From NCBI GenBank assembly GCA_044224905.1, contig JBGAJN010000001.1, positions 1,159,027-1,223,026 on the forward strand: a DNA stretch of 64,000 nucleotides, given 5' to 3'. The notes beneath the pieces are model-generated. The model worked only from the letters and a program-made list of their open reading frames with translations. It was not told where the DNA came from and searched no databases. A program made the position numbers and the translations under genes. This document shows, in pieces, positions 38,184-47,074 of this stretch (its first letter is position 1; each line of letters starts with the position of its first letter). This DNA comes from Limisphaerales bacterium. Lineage in GTDB: Bacteria > Verrucomicrobiota > Verrucomicrobiia > Limisphaerales > JBGAJN01.

Positions 38184-39110
38184 CTACCAGGTCTTGCCCG
38201 TGCGGTTCTTCGGCTTCGTCGGATCGCCATCACCGATCGGCAACTTGCGATTCGCGTCGAGCTTCAATGTCTCAAGCAAGCGGGCCGCGTCCTCCGGCGA
38301 AATCAATTGCTTCTGTCCGTCGCGCGACGGTCCTTCCTCGTGGCCCTTTTGCGGCTCCTTCTGTTCTTCCTCCTCGTCATCGTCGCCGCTCTCGCCCTGC
38401 GGCTGCATGCCTTCGGGAAGCTTGCCCTTGAGCTGCTTCATCTTCTCCTTCAATTCCTCCCGCTGCTTGCCGAGGGCCTGCATCATCTGCTGCATTTGAT
38501 TCAACTGATCGACGAGCTTGGCAATCGCGGCGTCGACGTTCGCGGCGTTAGTTCGAGCCTTGTCATCCGACGGACGAAGTTCGGCGGCGCTCTTGAAATC
38601 ACCCGACGAACGTTCCCAACGACGCAAGACCGCGCCGTATTGTTCCATCGCGCGCTTCACCGCTTCGACTGCGCCCTTCAAATCCTTGCGCGCCCCGCGG
38701 CCCTGCATGTAGGCGTTGACGATGGCTTGGACTTCGTTCGATACGAGCGCGGCATCGGCAGCGCGAAGCGCCTGATCGCCCGTCGCGCCGGCAGCCGAGC
38801 CGCGCGCATCGGCGTTGGCTTTGCTTGGGCCGTCCTTAAGCGCTTGGAGGCCCTGCCGATAACGCGCGAGGCCTAGATTGTAGAGCCCGGGTGATTGGAC
38901 CTCATCGCGATTCGCGGCGACGGCCATCTGTAACGCCGCTTCGGCTTCGCGAAGTTTTCCGGACTGCAAGTGCTGCGTGCCTTCGTTGTAAAGTTCGCGC
39001 GGAGTCGGGGCCGAGGTCGAGTTGCCCGCGAGCGCCACAGTGGTCGAAGCGATGACGTGCGCGGCGACAAGCGCTCCCCAACAGGTCATTTGGCGAAAGG
39101 TGGATTTCAT
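38184..39110 (-). CDS. BatC-like TPR / coiled-coil protein with an acidic tail
   Basis: 308 aa with a signal peptide, a TPR segment, a Q/M/K coiled coil and a DDDEEEE tract. Confidence 0.6.
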   Translation of the reverse strand: MKSTFRQMTCWGALVAAHVIASTTVALAGNSTSAPTPRELYNEGTQHLQSGKLREAEAALQMAVAANRDEVQSPGLYNLGLARYRQGLQALKDGPSKANADARGSAAGATGDQALRAADAALVSNEVQAIVNAYMQGRGARKDLKGAVEAVKRAMEQYGAVLRRWERSSGDFKSAAELRPSDDKARTNAANVDAAIAKLVDQLNQMQQMMQALGKQREELKEKMKQLKGKLPEGMQPQGESGDDDEEEEQKEPQKGHEEGPSRDGQKQLISPEDAARLLETLKLDANRKLPIGDGDPTKPKNRTGKTW

Positions 39111-40144
39111 TTCGGCTTAGGCTCACTTTCGCCCACACGGCGACGTGTGCCAATTAAAGATTCGACGGCAAGCAACGTGAGCGCGAGCGCCACGAACGCG
39201 TGGAAGCGATCCACGCCGAAACGCCGCGATGGGGAGAGTCCCGGGAGGCCGGTCGTATTAAGTAACGCGCGCCGCACGCGATCCATGCCTTCGCCGAGCG
39301 GGCCGAGCGGTTGATACTCGCCGTGCGTCGCTTCGGCGATCACCCGCAGCGTCTTTTCGTCGAGCCGGCTTTCGACGGGGTTCCCGCGATCATCGCGCAA
39401 AGGATCGAACCCGCCCTGCGGATTCTGCACCTGAATTGTCGTGCCGGCTTCGGTGCCGACGCCGATGGAGAAAATCTGCACGCCCTTTTCGCCGAGCGCC
39501 TTCGCCTTGTTGACGCCGCCTTGCTCCAAGTCCTCGCCGTCGGTGACGAGCACCATCACCTTGCGGCGGCTGTCCTTTTCCATCGCGAGGAACGCTTCGT
39601 CGAGCGCGCGCGCGATGTCGGTGCCGGGCACGGGAATCGTCTGGTCATCGAGTGCCATGAGCGATTCGCGGAACGCATCGTAGTCGTAGGTCAGCGGGCA
39701 TTGCAGAAACGCCTGCCCGGCGAAAGCGATCACGCCGACGCGTCCGCTGCCGTGGCGTTGCACGAAATCCATGATCGCGAGCTTGGACCGCGTGAGGCGA
39801 TTCGGACGCACGTCCCCAGCTAGCATGCTGCGCGAGCAATCGACGATGAACAAAACATCCTCGCCGAGCGCGTGGGACAACTCCGCTTGCTCGCCCCATT
39901 GCGGTCGCGCGAGCGCCACGCCAATCGCGGCGACGGCGACGAGCAGGAGAATGTTTTTCAGCAGCCGTCGCCCGGGACTGTGCGAACGAATCAAGGATTC
40001 GAGCAACTCCGCGGCGGCGAAGATCCCGAGTTGCTTACTCCGTGCGCGACTGGCGTAACGTTGCAGGACGAACAGCAACACTGGCCCGATCAACGCGATC
40101 AGCAGCCACTTGGGTTCGGCCAGATGAGGGTTGGTGAAGTTCAT
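39107..40144 (-). CDS. VWA-domain protein (BatB-like)
   Basis: 345 aa from the ATG at 40144, overlapping the upstream stop as ATGA. It has N-terminal TM helices and the MIDAS motif DCSRSM. Confidence 0.8.
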   Translation of the reverse strand: MNFTNPHLAEPKWLLIALIGPVLLFVLQRYASRARSKQLGIFAAAELLESLIRSHSPGRRLLKNILLLVAVAAIGVALARPQWGEQAELSHALGEDVLFIVDCSRSMLAGDVRPNRLTRSKLAIMDFVQRHGSGRVGVIAFAGQAFLQCPLTYDYDAFRESLMALDDQTIPVPGTDIARALDEAFLAMEKDSRRKVMVLVTDGEDLEQGGVNKAKALGEKGVQIFSIGVGTEAGTTIQVQNPQGGFDPLRDDRGNPVESRLDEKTLRVIAEATHGEYQPLGPLGEGMDRVRRALLNTTGLPGLSPSRRFGVDRFHAFVALALTLLAVESLIGTRRRVGESEPKPK

Positions 40145-41181
40145 GGCGCCCTCCGATAACGTGTGTTCGCGAGAATCAACTCCACCGCGAGGAGCACCAG
40201 GGCGCCGACCAGCGGCCATTGAAACAGCGGCGTGAACGTGGTGTAGCGGCGCAACTTCACCTCGGTCTTTTCGAGACGATCGATCTCGTCATAGATGCCG
40301 GCGAGTTCGCGGCGGTTCGTGGCGCGATACGATTTGCCGCGCGCGAGTGCGGACATTTGATCGAGCACTTTGTAGTTGGCGGGTTGCAGGGTAATCGTGG
40401 GAATGATTTCGCCATTGGGACCGAAGCGCAGTTTGCCCGTGGCGGGATCGAACGCTGGCATCGAGCAGGATTCCTCCTTGCCGATGCCGATCGTGTAGAG
40501 CTTCGCGCCGAGCGAAGCGGCGAGTTGCGCAGCGGGAATCGGATCGATGTCACCGCGGTTGTTGTCGCCGTCGGTGAGGAGGATGATGATGCGGCTCTTG
40601 CTGTCTTTCGGCCCCTTGAGGCGTTTCACCGCGGTGGCCGTGGCATCGCCGATCGCGGTGCCGAGCTCGCGGATCACGCCGATGTGCAGGCGTTGGATGT
40701 TTTGAATGAGCCAGTCGTGATTGAGCGTAAGCGGGCTCGCAAGATACGGCACGCCGGAGAACACCACGAGACCGAGACGGTCGCTCGGGCGGCGGCGAAC
40801 GAAGTCCTGAATGACGGACTGCGCGATGTCGAACCGCGTCACGCGTTCGTTCGGTGTGCTCATGTCGAGCGCGACCATCGACCACGACATGTCGAGCGCG
40901 AGCATGATGTCGATGCCGCTGGCCTGCGTCTCGGTGCGATTGTGCGCGAAGCGCGGTCCTGCTAGCGCCGCGATGCACAGCGCGACGACGAGGACGCGGA
41001 GAAAGATGAGCAACCGACCCGCCGCCGAGCGCGCCGTGGCCCCGGCCGCGCGCGCGAGATCGGCGCTGGGAAAACGGATCGCAGAGAATTTTCCCGGCCG
41101 CCCGTGCAAGAATGCGTAGACGGGCAACAGCGCCAGCAACACCAGCACCCACGGATATTGAAACTCGAAGAAGGAGTTCAT
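40141..41181 (-). CDS. VWA-domain protein (BatA-like)
   Basis: 346 aa from the ATG at 41181 (ATGA overlap). FEFQYPWVLVLLALLP and the MIDAS motif DMSWSM are present. Confidence 0.8.
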   Translation of the reverse strand: MNSFFEFQYPWVLVLLALLPVYAFLHGRPGKFSAIRFPSADLARAAGATARSAAGRLLIFLRVLVVALCIAALAGPRFAHNRTETQASGIDIMLALDMSWSMVALDMSTPNERVTRFDIAQSVIQDFVRRRPSDRLGLVVFSGVPYLASPLTLNHDWLIQNIQRLHIGVIRELGTAIGDATATAVKRLKGPKDSKSRIIILLTDGDNNRGDIDPIPAAQLAASLGAKLYTIGIGKEESCSMPAFDPATGKLRFGPNGEIIPTITLQPANYKVLDQMSALARGKSYRATNRRELAGIYDEIDRLEKTEVKLRRYTTFTPLFQWPLVGALVLLAVELILANTRYRRAP

Positions 41182-41711
41182 TTCGTGGACGGCGGAGTTT
41201 CTTCCGGAGCGCGTTGCGATTCCAACTGCGTGACGAAATCGAGCGCTCGATTCACGAAGCCCGGCGGCGGCGAGGGGCGGACCGGCGCGAATTTCTGGAC
41301 ATCGCATTCGCGAAGGAACTCGCCGAGGTTCGTGCGCGTTTCGCCCCGCACATGTTGGTTCGCCGCGAGCGACCGCATCAATTCTTCATTCGTGAGCTCC
41401 GCCGCTTCCCGCGTGAACGCGGCGACGACGTAGCGCCGGAGAATCTGTGACACCGCGGTGATCAGTGGGCCGTCCTCGGGTTTGCCACGCAGAGCTTCGA
41501 GGGATTTGCGCGCGGATTCCGCCGGCGGAATCACGACGACGGGGCGTGGTCGCCGCAGCCAGAAGATGAGCAACGCCACGGCAACAAGCAGCAAGCCCGC
41601 GCCGCCCATCATCTCCGAACTGTGTTGCTCCACGAACGTCGGCGGAATCTCTCCATGCGGAGGCAGGAGTTCCGGAAACTCGGTGGCGGCAAACAGTATC
41701 AGGCCGTTCAT
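41178..41711 (-). CDS. DUF4381-like single-pass membrane protein
   Basis: 177 aa from the ATG at 41711, with one TM (GLLLVAVALLIFWL). It occupies the usual slot between the DUF58 and BatA genes. Confidence 0.55.
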   Translation of the reverse strand: MNGLILFAATEFPELLPPHGEIPPTFVEQHSSEMMGGAGLLLVAVALLIFWLRRPRPVVVIPPAESARKSLEALRGKPEDGPLITAVSQILRRYVVAAFTREAAELTNEELMRSLAANQHVRGETRTNLGEFLRECDVQKFAPVRPSPPPGFVNRALDFVTQLESQRAPEETPPSTK

Positions 41712-41718
41712 GACATCA

Positions 41719-42738
41719 TTAACGGCGACGACGGTGTTCGAAGAAATGTTGGAGCACCGGAGCGAAGGGCTCGTTAGTCGGCAGTCGCAACGTGTCCACG
41801 CCCGCTTGACGCAGCGCGCGATCAAGCGCGGCGATGCGCTCCGCGTTGATCGCCGCGTAGGCTTCGCGCACGCGGGTGCGACCGGAATCGAGCTCGAGAA
41901 GTTCGCCGGTCTCCGCGTCTTCGACCGTGAGCAAGCCGGCGTCGGGCAACTCACTCTCTCGCGGATCGTGCAGATGCACGCAGACGAGATCGTGGCGCAC
42001 GTTGGTCATGCCGATCTCCTGCACGAGATCGCGGCCAGCCTTCGTGGGACGGGCGTCGCGCCGCCCCTCGGAGCCAAGCAGAGACTCGCTGTCGAGAGGT
42101 TGTTCGCGAAGGGCACGGCGCTCGTTCGCAATAGCTGGCGGAACACCGGCACCCGTCGCGCTATTGGGCGGATTGAGGCTGTGCAGAAAGTCCGTGAGGA
42201 GGAAAACAATGCTCCGCCGGTGCAGCGCGTGATTCAGGAAAGTCAGTGCCGAGGTGATGTTGGTGCCGTTGCGTTGCGGAACGAAGCACAGCAGTTCGCG
42301 AATGATCCGGAGAATGTGGCGGCGACCTTTGCGCGGCGGGACGAAGAGTTCCACTTTGTCCGTGAAGAGGAGCAGGCCGACTTTGTCGCTGTTGCGCGCG
42401 GCGGAGAAGGCGAGCGTGGCAGCGACTTCGGTGGCGAACTCGCGCTTGTTCCGGCGCACAGAACCAAAGGCACCCGAGGCGGAAATGTCCACGGCGAGAA
42501 TGATGCCGAGCTCGCGTTCCTCGCGATGCTTCTTCACGAACGGGCGGCCCATGCGATTGGTGACGTTCCAATCAATCGTGCGCACGTCGTCGCCGGGGAT
42601 GTATTCGCGCAACTCCTCGAAGTCCATGCCGCGGCCCTTGAAACTACTCAGATACGCGCCGACCATCGTGTCGTTGACGAGACGATTCGTGCGCAGCTCG
42701 ACGCGGCGGACGGAGGTCAGGATTTCTTTGATCGTCAT
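41719..42738 (-). CDS. DUF58 domain-containing protein (MoxR partner)
   Basis: 339 aa with GRGMDFEELREYIPGDDVRTIDWN, the signature of DUF58. Confidence 0.85.
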   Translation of the reverse strand: MTIKEILTSVRRVELRTNRLVNDTMVGAYLSSFKGRGMDFEELREYIPGDDVRTIDWNVTNRMGRPFVKKHREERELGIILAVDISASGAFGSVRRNKREFATEVAATLAFSAARNSDKVGLLLFTDKVELFVPPRKGRRHILRIIRELLCFVPQRNGTNITSALTFLNHALHRRSIVFLLTDFLHSLNPPNSATGAGVPPAIANERRALREQPLDSESLLGSEGRRDARPTKAGRDLVQEIGMTNVRHDLVCVHLHDPRESELPDAGLLTVEDAETGELLELDSGRTRVREAYAAINAERIAALDRALRQAGVDTLRLPTNEPFAPVLQHFFEHRRRR

Positions 42739-42744
42739 GCTTGG

Positions 42745-42893
42745 GAAGAAATCCGAATTCCGAAACTCGAAATTCTAAACAAATTCAAAACCCGAAACCC
42801 AAATTTCCAAAACGGGCGCGCGCTGTTTCGGTCATTGCTCATTCGGCAATTTTGGTTGGTTTCGAATTTCGGAATTCGAGTTTCAAAATTTCC
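42745..42893. repeat. AT-rich inverted-repeat element in the moxR-DUF58 intergenic gap
   Basis: The arms are CGAATTCCGAAACTCGAAA (42754-42772) and TTTCGAATTTCGGAATTCG (42860-42878). They are complementary at 18 of 19 positions by hand. The element shares TTCGGAATTCG with 9848-9858. Confidence 0.7.
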
Positions 42894-42895
42894 GC

Positions 42896-43885
42896 TCACG
42901 GCACTGGCACCGTGTTGAACACCTTTGCGATGATGTCTTCCGTAGTGACGCCTTCGGCCTCCGCTTCGTAGGTGAGGATGATGCGGTGGCGCAGGACGTC
43001 GGGGCCGATGCTCTTGATGTCCTGCGGCGTGACGTAGGCGCGACCTTCGAGCAACGCCCACGCTTTCGCTGCGAGCGCGAGGTTGATCGTGGCGCGCGGT
43101 GAGGCGCCGAATTGGATGAGGTGTTTGATGTCGAGTCCGTATTGCTCCGGCTTGCGCGTGGCGAAGACGATCTTGACGATGTAGTCGCGGATCTTGTCGT
43201 CGACGTGGATGCGATCGACGAGTTTGCGCGTGTTCAAAATCTCCTCGAGCGCGATGACGGCGTCGATCTTCGTGCTGGCGGAGGTGAACGCCATCGTGTC
43301 GAGAATCTTCCGCTCCTCCACCTCGGTCGGGTAATCGATGACGATCTTGAACATGAAGCGATCCACCTGCGCTTCGGGCAAGGGATACGTGCCTTCCTGA
43401 TCGATCGGGTTTTCTGTGGCGAGCACGAGGAACGGCGAGGGCAGCGTCATCGTTTCGCCGCCGAGCGTGACCTGGCGTTCCTGCATCGCTTCGAGCAAAG
43501 CGGATTGCACCTTGGCGGGCGCGCGGTTGATTTCGTCGGCGAGGACGAGGTTGGCGAAGATAGGTCCCTTGGTGGCGTGATATTTTCCGTCCTGCGGATT
43601 GTAGATCAACGTGCCGGTGATGTCGGCGGGCAGGAGGTCGGGCGTGAATTGGATGCGGTTGAACTTCGCCTGAATCGCCGCGGCGAGCGTGCGCACGGAC
43701 AACGTCTTGGCGAGGCCGGGCACGCCTTCGAGGAGAACGTGACCGTTGGCGAGCAGGCCGACAAGCAGGCGATCGACAAGGTATTGCTGGCCGACGACGA
43801 CGCGGCCGATTTCACTGCGCAGTTTGTTGATCCAAGTGGAGGTCTGCTTGACCTGTTCGTTGAGTTGATCGAGATCGGCGTTCAT
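42896..43885 (-). CDS. MoxR-family AAA+ ATPase
   Basis: 329 aa with Walker A LLEGVPGLAKT and Walker B LADEINRA. Confidence 0.92.
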   Translation of the reverse strand: MNADLDQLNEQVKQTSTWINKLRSEIGRVVVGQQYLVDRLLVGLLANGHVLLEGVPGLAKTLSVRTLAAAIQAKFNRIQFTPDLLPADITGTLIYNPQDGKYHATKGPIFANLVLADEINRAPAKVQSALLEAMQERQVTLGGETMTLPSPFLVLATENPIDQEGTYPLPEAQVDRFMFKIVIDYPTEVEERKILDTMAFTSASTKIDAVIALEEILNTRKLVDRIHVDDKIRDYIVKIVFATRKPEQYGLDIKHLIQFGASPRATINLALAAKAWALLEGRAYVTPQDIKSIGPDVLRHRIILTYEAEAEGVTTEDIIAKVFNTVPVP

Positions 43886-44008
43886 GAAAGCGGCGGGTGG
43901 TTCCTGGCGACAAGGCGGAACAGCGATGATTGCATCGCGTGTTTATGCATCGGACCCGCGGGCTTCTCAAGCTCCAACGGCTGCAAGCGTGGAATCGAGC
44001 GCCGCCGA

Positions 44009-44611
44009 TCAGCGTTTGAATCCGAGGTCGAACTTCGCCGCGCACTTGGGGCAGATGCTGTGCGTCAGTTCCGCTTGCGAATGCTCGTGAATGTAGTCCT
44101 CGATCTTTTTCCAGTAACCGTCGTCCTCGCGAACGTCTTTGCACCACGCGCAAATCGGGAGCAGGCCGCGGAGCGTCTTGATCTGATCGATGGCCTCCTG
44201 AAGCTCATGATTCAAGTCCCGCAACTCGGTTTCAACCTGATGCCGGTAAAGCGCGATCTCGATGGCCACATGAAGTTCGCGTTCGTCGAAGGGCTTGAGG
44301 ATATATCCGAACGGTCCGGAAACCTGGGCGCGTCGCATTGTGGGGTCGTCAGCGTGCGCCGTCAGGAACACGACGGGGATTTCGTGAAACTCGGTAATCC
44401 TGGTGGCGGCTTGGACACCGTCCATCTGTCCCTGGAGAATGATGTCCATCAGCACGAGATCGGGCTTGGAGGATTCGACCTGCTCAAGGGCATTTTCACC
44501 GGAAGCGGCTTTTCCCGCGACGGCATAGCCCAAGCGAATGAGATGTTCTTCCAGGTCCGCCGCCACGATTCCCTCATCTTCGACGATCAAGATCCGTTTA
44601 TTCGATGACAT
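44009..44611 (-). CDS. Response regulator: REC domain, coiled-coil linker and a Cys4 C-terminal module (no DNA-binding domain)
   Basis: 200 aa. The REC domain has ILIVEDE...DLVLMD...KP. The C-terminus is [40 protein letters not shown]. Confidence 0.85.
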   Translation of the reverse strand: MSSNKRILIVEDEGIVAADLEEHLIRLGYAVAGKAASGENALEQVESSKPDLVLMDIILQGQMDGVQAATRITEFHEIPVVFLTAHADDPTMRRAQVSGPFGYILKPFDERELHVAIEIALYRHQVETELRDLNHELQEAIDQIKTLRGLLPICAWCKDVREDDGYWKKIEDYIHEHSQAELTHSICPKCAAKFDLGFKR

Positions 44612-46859
44612 GTTGCTCGTTCCTTTCTTTGGTGGTTATTTCACATGCTTTGATTGTGACGGCGGTCCCGTGGTCCACGCGAACCTGCAAGGTCCCGCGC
44701 AGCTGCTCGGTGAGGATGCGAATCAGACGCAGACCGAGCGAAGAACAATTCTGCCAATCGAAATCGGCGGGAAGACCAACGCCATCGTCCCGCACCACCA
44801 GATCCAATTCGCCGATCTGGGTTTGACGCAATGACACGGAGATGGTGCCCCGTTCACGGTTCACAAACGCGTGTTTGAGGCAGTTGGCGACGAGTTCGTT
44901 CAGAATCAATCCGAATGGGAGGGCGGTTTCGAGATTGAGCGACACGGGATCCACTTGCAGATCGATGCAAATCGTCTGCGCGGGGTGGTGGTAGGTTCGC
45001 GTCAACATTCTGACAAGTGTGCGAACGTATTCCTCGAAATTGATCTTCGCAAGGCTCGGAGCCTGATAAAGGCGTTCGTGAATAAGGGCCATGGAGCGGA
45101 TCCGGCCTTGAAGTTCGCGAAAGACTCCGAGCGCTCCGGGATCGTGGATTTGGCCGGCTTGTAGCTGAATCACGCTCGAAATGAGCTGCATGTTGTTTTT
45201 GACGCGGTGGTGGATTTCCTTAAGGAGCGTCTCTTTTTCGCGCAGGGAATCCTTGAGGGCAGCTTCCGCCTGCATGAGCTGGGTGATATCGCTGCCGTAG
45301 ACGCGAATTCGCTGAGCGTCGGGCAAGTAGTTGATGGTTTGCGCGTAGCAGATTCCCCGAACTGTTATTTCTCGGCGCACCGCAGTGTCGCTTCCATCGA
45401 ACAACGGTTTCGACACCTCAGCCAGCCCCGCCAGCATGGGGTGTTGCAGGGCCAGACTTTTCAAATCGGGGAAAAGTTGCGCGGCAAATGGGTTCACGTA
45501 ATGAACTACGTTTCTCACCAGATCCAATTCTACGATCGGGTTGGGATTGCGTTCCGGAAAGGAGGCCAGCCAAGCCGCAGTCTCCTGAGCGAGCTTGCGC
45601 TCCGTAATGTCGGCGCGGATGGCGACGTACTGATACGGTTTCCCCTCGGGGTTAAGGAACGGGACGATCGTGGTATCAACCCAGTAGTAGCTCCCGTCCT
45701 TGGCGCGATTTTTAATTTCACCTTTCCACACGCGGCCGTGGCCGATCGTCGTCCAGAGATCGCGAATGAATTCCTTGGGATGGAACTTAGAATTGATGAT
45801 CCGGTGGTCCTGACCAAGTAGTTCTTCGCGCGAATACTTCGAGATCGCGCAAAACTTGTCGTTCACGTAAGTGATCTTCCCCTGCGGATCCGTGATCGCG
45901 ACGATTGCATGCTCATCCAGCGCCGCCTTCAAATCATTGACCTCTTTCAGCGACGCCCGCCGTTGTTCTTCGGCGCGTTTGCGCTCGGTAATGTCTTCGA
46001 CGACGGCGAGCCCGTAATCCGGTTCACCCGAACTTTTGTACACCATCGATCCCGTCAAATAGATCCACACGGGGGAACCATCCTTGCGGACGTAGCGCTT
46101 TTCCATCGAGTAGGTGGAGATCTTTCCGGCCATCAGCTTCTGGCTTAATTCCAAGTCGGCATCGAGATCGTCCGGGTGGGTGATTTCCTGAAACGTGAGC
46201 TTCAATAACTCCTCCCGACTGTAGCCAATAATGTCGCACAACTTCTGATTCACCAGCAGCCATCGACCATCCAGACCAACGTGCGCAATGCCGACCGCGG
46301 CCTGTTCAAACGTCGCGCGAAAACGTTCCTCGCTATGTCGCAACGCAGCATTCGCCTGTTCCAAGGCTTCCGTGCGCTGTTGCACGCGCCGTTCAAGTTC
46401 ATCCTGGGATCGACGAAGTTCTTCCTCCGCGCGTTTCCGATCGGCGATTTCTCGCTGCAGTTCGCTGTTTACGTTCGCCAATTCGCTGGGACTCGGAAGC
46501 GCCATGGCGGCCGGAGCGAGTTTGACCAACACGATCGCAGTGGTCACTGAAAGTGCCGCGGTGATGGATTTGATCACCCCCGCCAAGCGGTAAGTGCCGT
46601 GCCACACGGTCCAGATCTCCATCAGATGAGTCGTGCCACACGCTACGATGAAACCGCCGAACATGAGGAACAGCCAGGGGTACGGAAGGTCGCGACGTTT
46701 CCGCACAAAATACAGCAACGTCAGGGGAATCGAGTAGTAGGCGAGCGTGATCAGCGCGTCCGAGATGACGTTGAGCCAAACGATGTCGGCGCTCCAAAAG
46801 TAACAATGCCCGTGCGGCATGTAGTCGTTGGTGAAGAGATTGCGAAAGAAATCCCACAT
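44598..46859 (-). CDS. Sensor histidine kinase: ethylene-receptor-like 3-TM N-terminal domain, coiled coil, three PAS-like domains, HisKA_2 and HATPase
   Basis: 753 aa. The N-terminus aligns by eye with plant ETR1 helices 1-2, including the C and H of [13 protein letters not shown] motifs are present. [13 protein letters not shown] is the HisKA_2 signature, followed by [13 protein letters not shown]. Confidence 0.85.
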   Translation of the reverse strand: MWDFFRNLFTNDYMPHGHCYFWSADIVWLNVISDALITLAYYSIPLTLLYFVRKRRDLPYPWLFLMFGGFIVACGTTHLMEIWTVWHGTYRLAGVIKSITAALSVTTAIVLVKLAPAAMALPSPSELANVNSELQREIADRKRAEEELRRSQDELERRVQQRTEALEQANAALRHSEERFRATFEQAAVGIAHVGLDGRWLLVNQKLCDIIGYSREELLKLTFQEITHPDDLDADLELSQKLMAGKISTYSMEKRYVRKDGSPVWIYLTGSMVYKSSGEPDYGLAVVEDITERKRAEEQRRASLKEVNDLKAALDEHAIVAITDPQGKITYVNDKFCAISKYSREELLGQDHRIINSKFHPKEFIRDLWTTIGHGRVWKGEIKNRAKDGSYYWVDTTIVPFLNPEGKPYQYVAIRADITERKLAQETAAWLASFPERNPNPIVELDLVRNVVHYVNPFAAQLFPDLKSLALQHPMLAGLAEVSKPLFDGSDTAVRREITVRGICYAQTINYLPDAQRIRVYGSDITQLMQAEAALKDSLREKETLLKEIHHRVKNNMQLISSVIQLQAGQIHDPGALGVFRELQGRIRSMALIHERLYQAPSLAKINFEEYVRTLVRMLTRTYHHPAQTICIDLQVDPVSLNLETALPFGLILNELVANCLKHAFVNRERGTISVSLRQTQIGELDLVVRDDGVGLPADFDWQNCSSLGLRLIRILTEQLRGTLQVRVDHGTAVTIKACEITTKERNEQHVIE

Positions 46860-47074
46860 AGGCTTGGGCGTGTTAAACGTTTGTAGTTTCCCGACAGCTT
46901 TCGGCCATCAACGGTTGCTCCATCAACTGTGATCCAAACGTATTGATGAATTTTCAGTTCGCAACCGCATTCTCGAAGATCGCGCAGATTTCGTGCGCGA
47001 TTTACTTGTCACTCTTCGTCGGAGACTTCATCCTGCCCGTCACGATTTCGCACGAACTCTGAAACCTGAATCGA

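Noticed and set aside
41458-44608. Two long plus-strand ORFs (41458-42918 at 486 aa and 43112-44608 at 498 aa) opposite the DUF58, MoxR and response-regulator genes
   Set aside because: They are antisense to genes with unambiguous motifs (DUF58 signature, Walker A/B, REC). Their translations are low-complexity and Arg/Gly/Asp-rich with no domain signature.
34574-46859. The signalling/Bat block as a mobile genomic island
   Set aside because: I saw no integrase, transposase, tRNA target, flanking direct repeats or obvious compositional break. It is treated only as a rearranged or inserted operon block.
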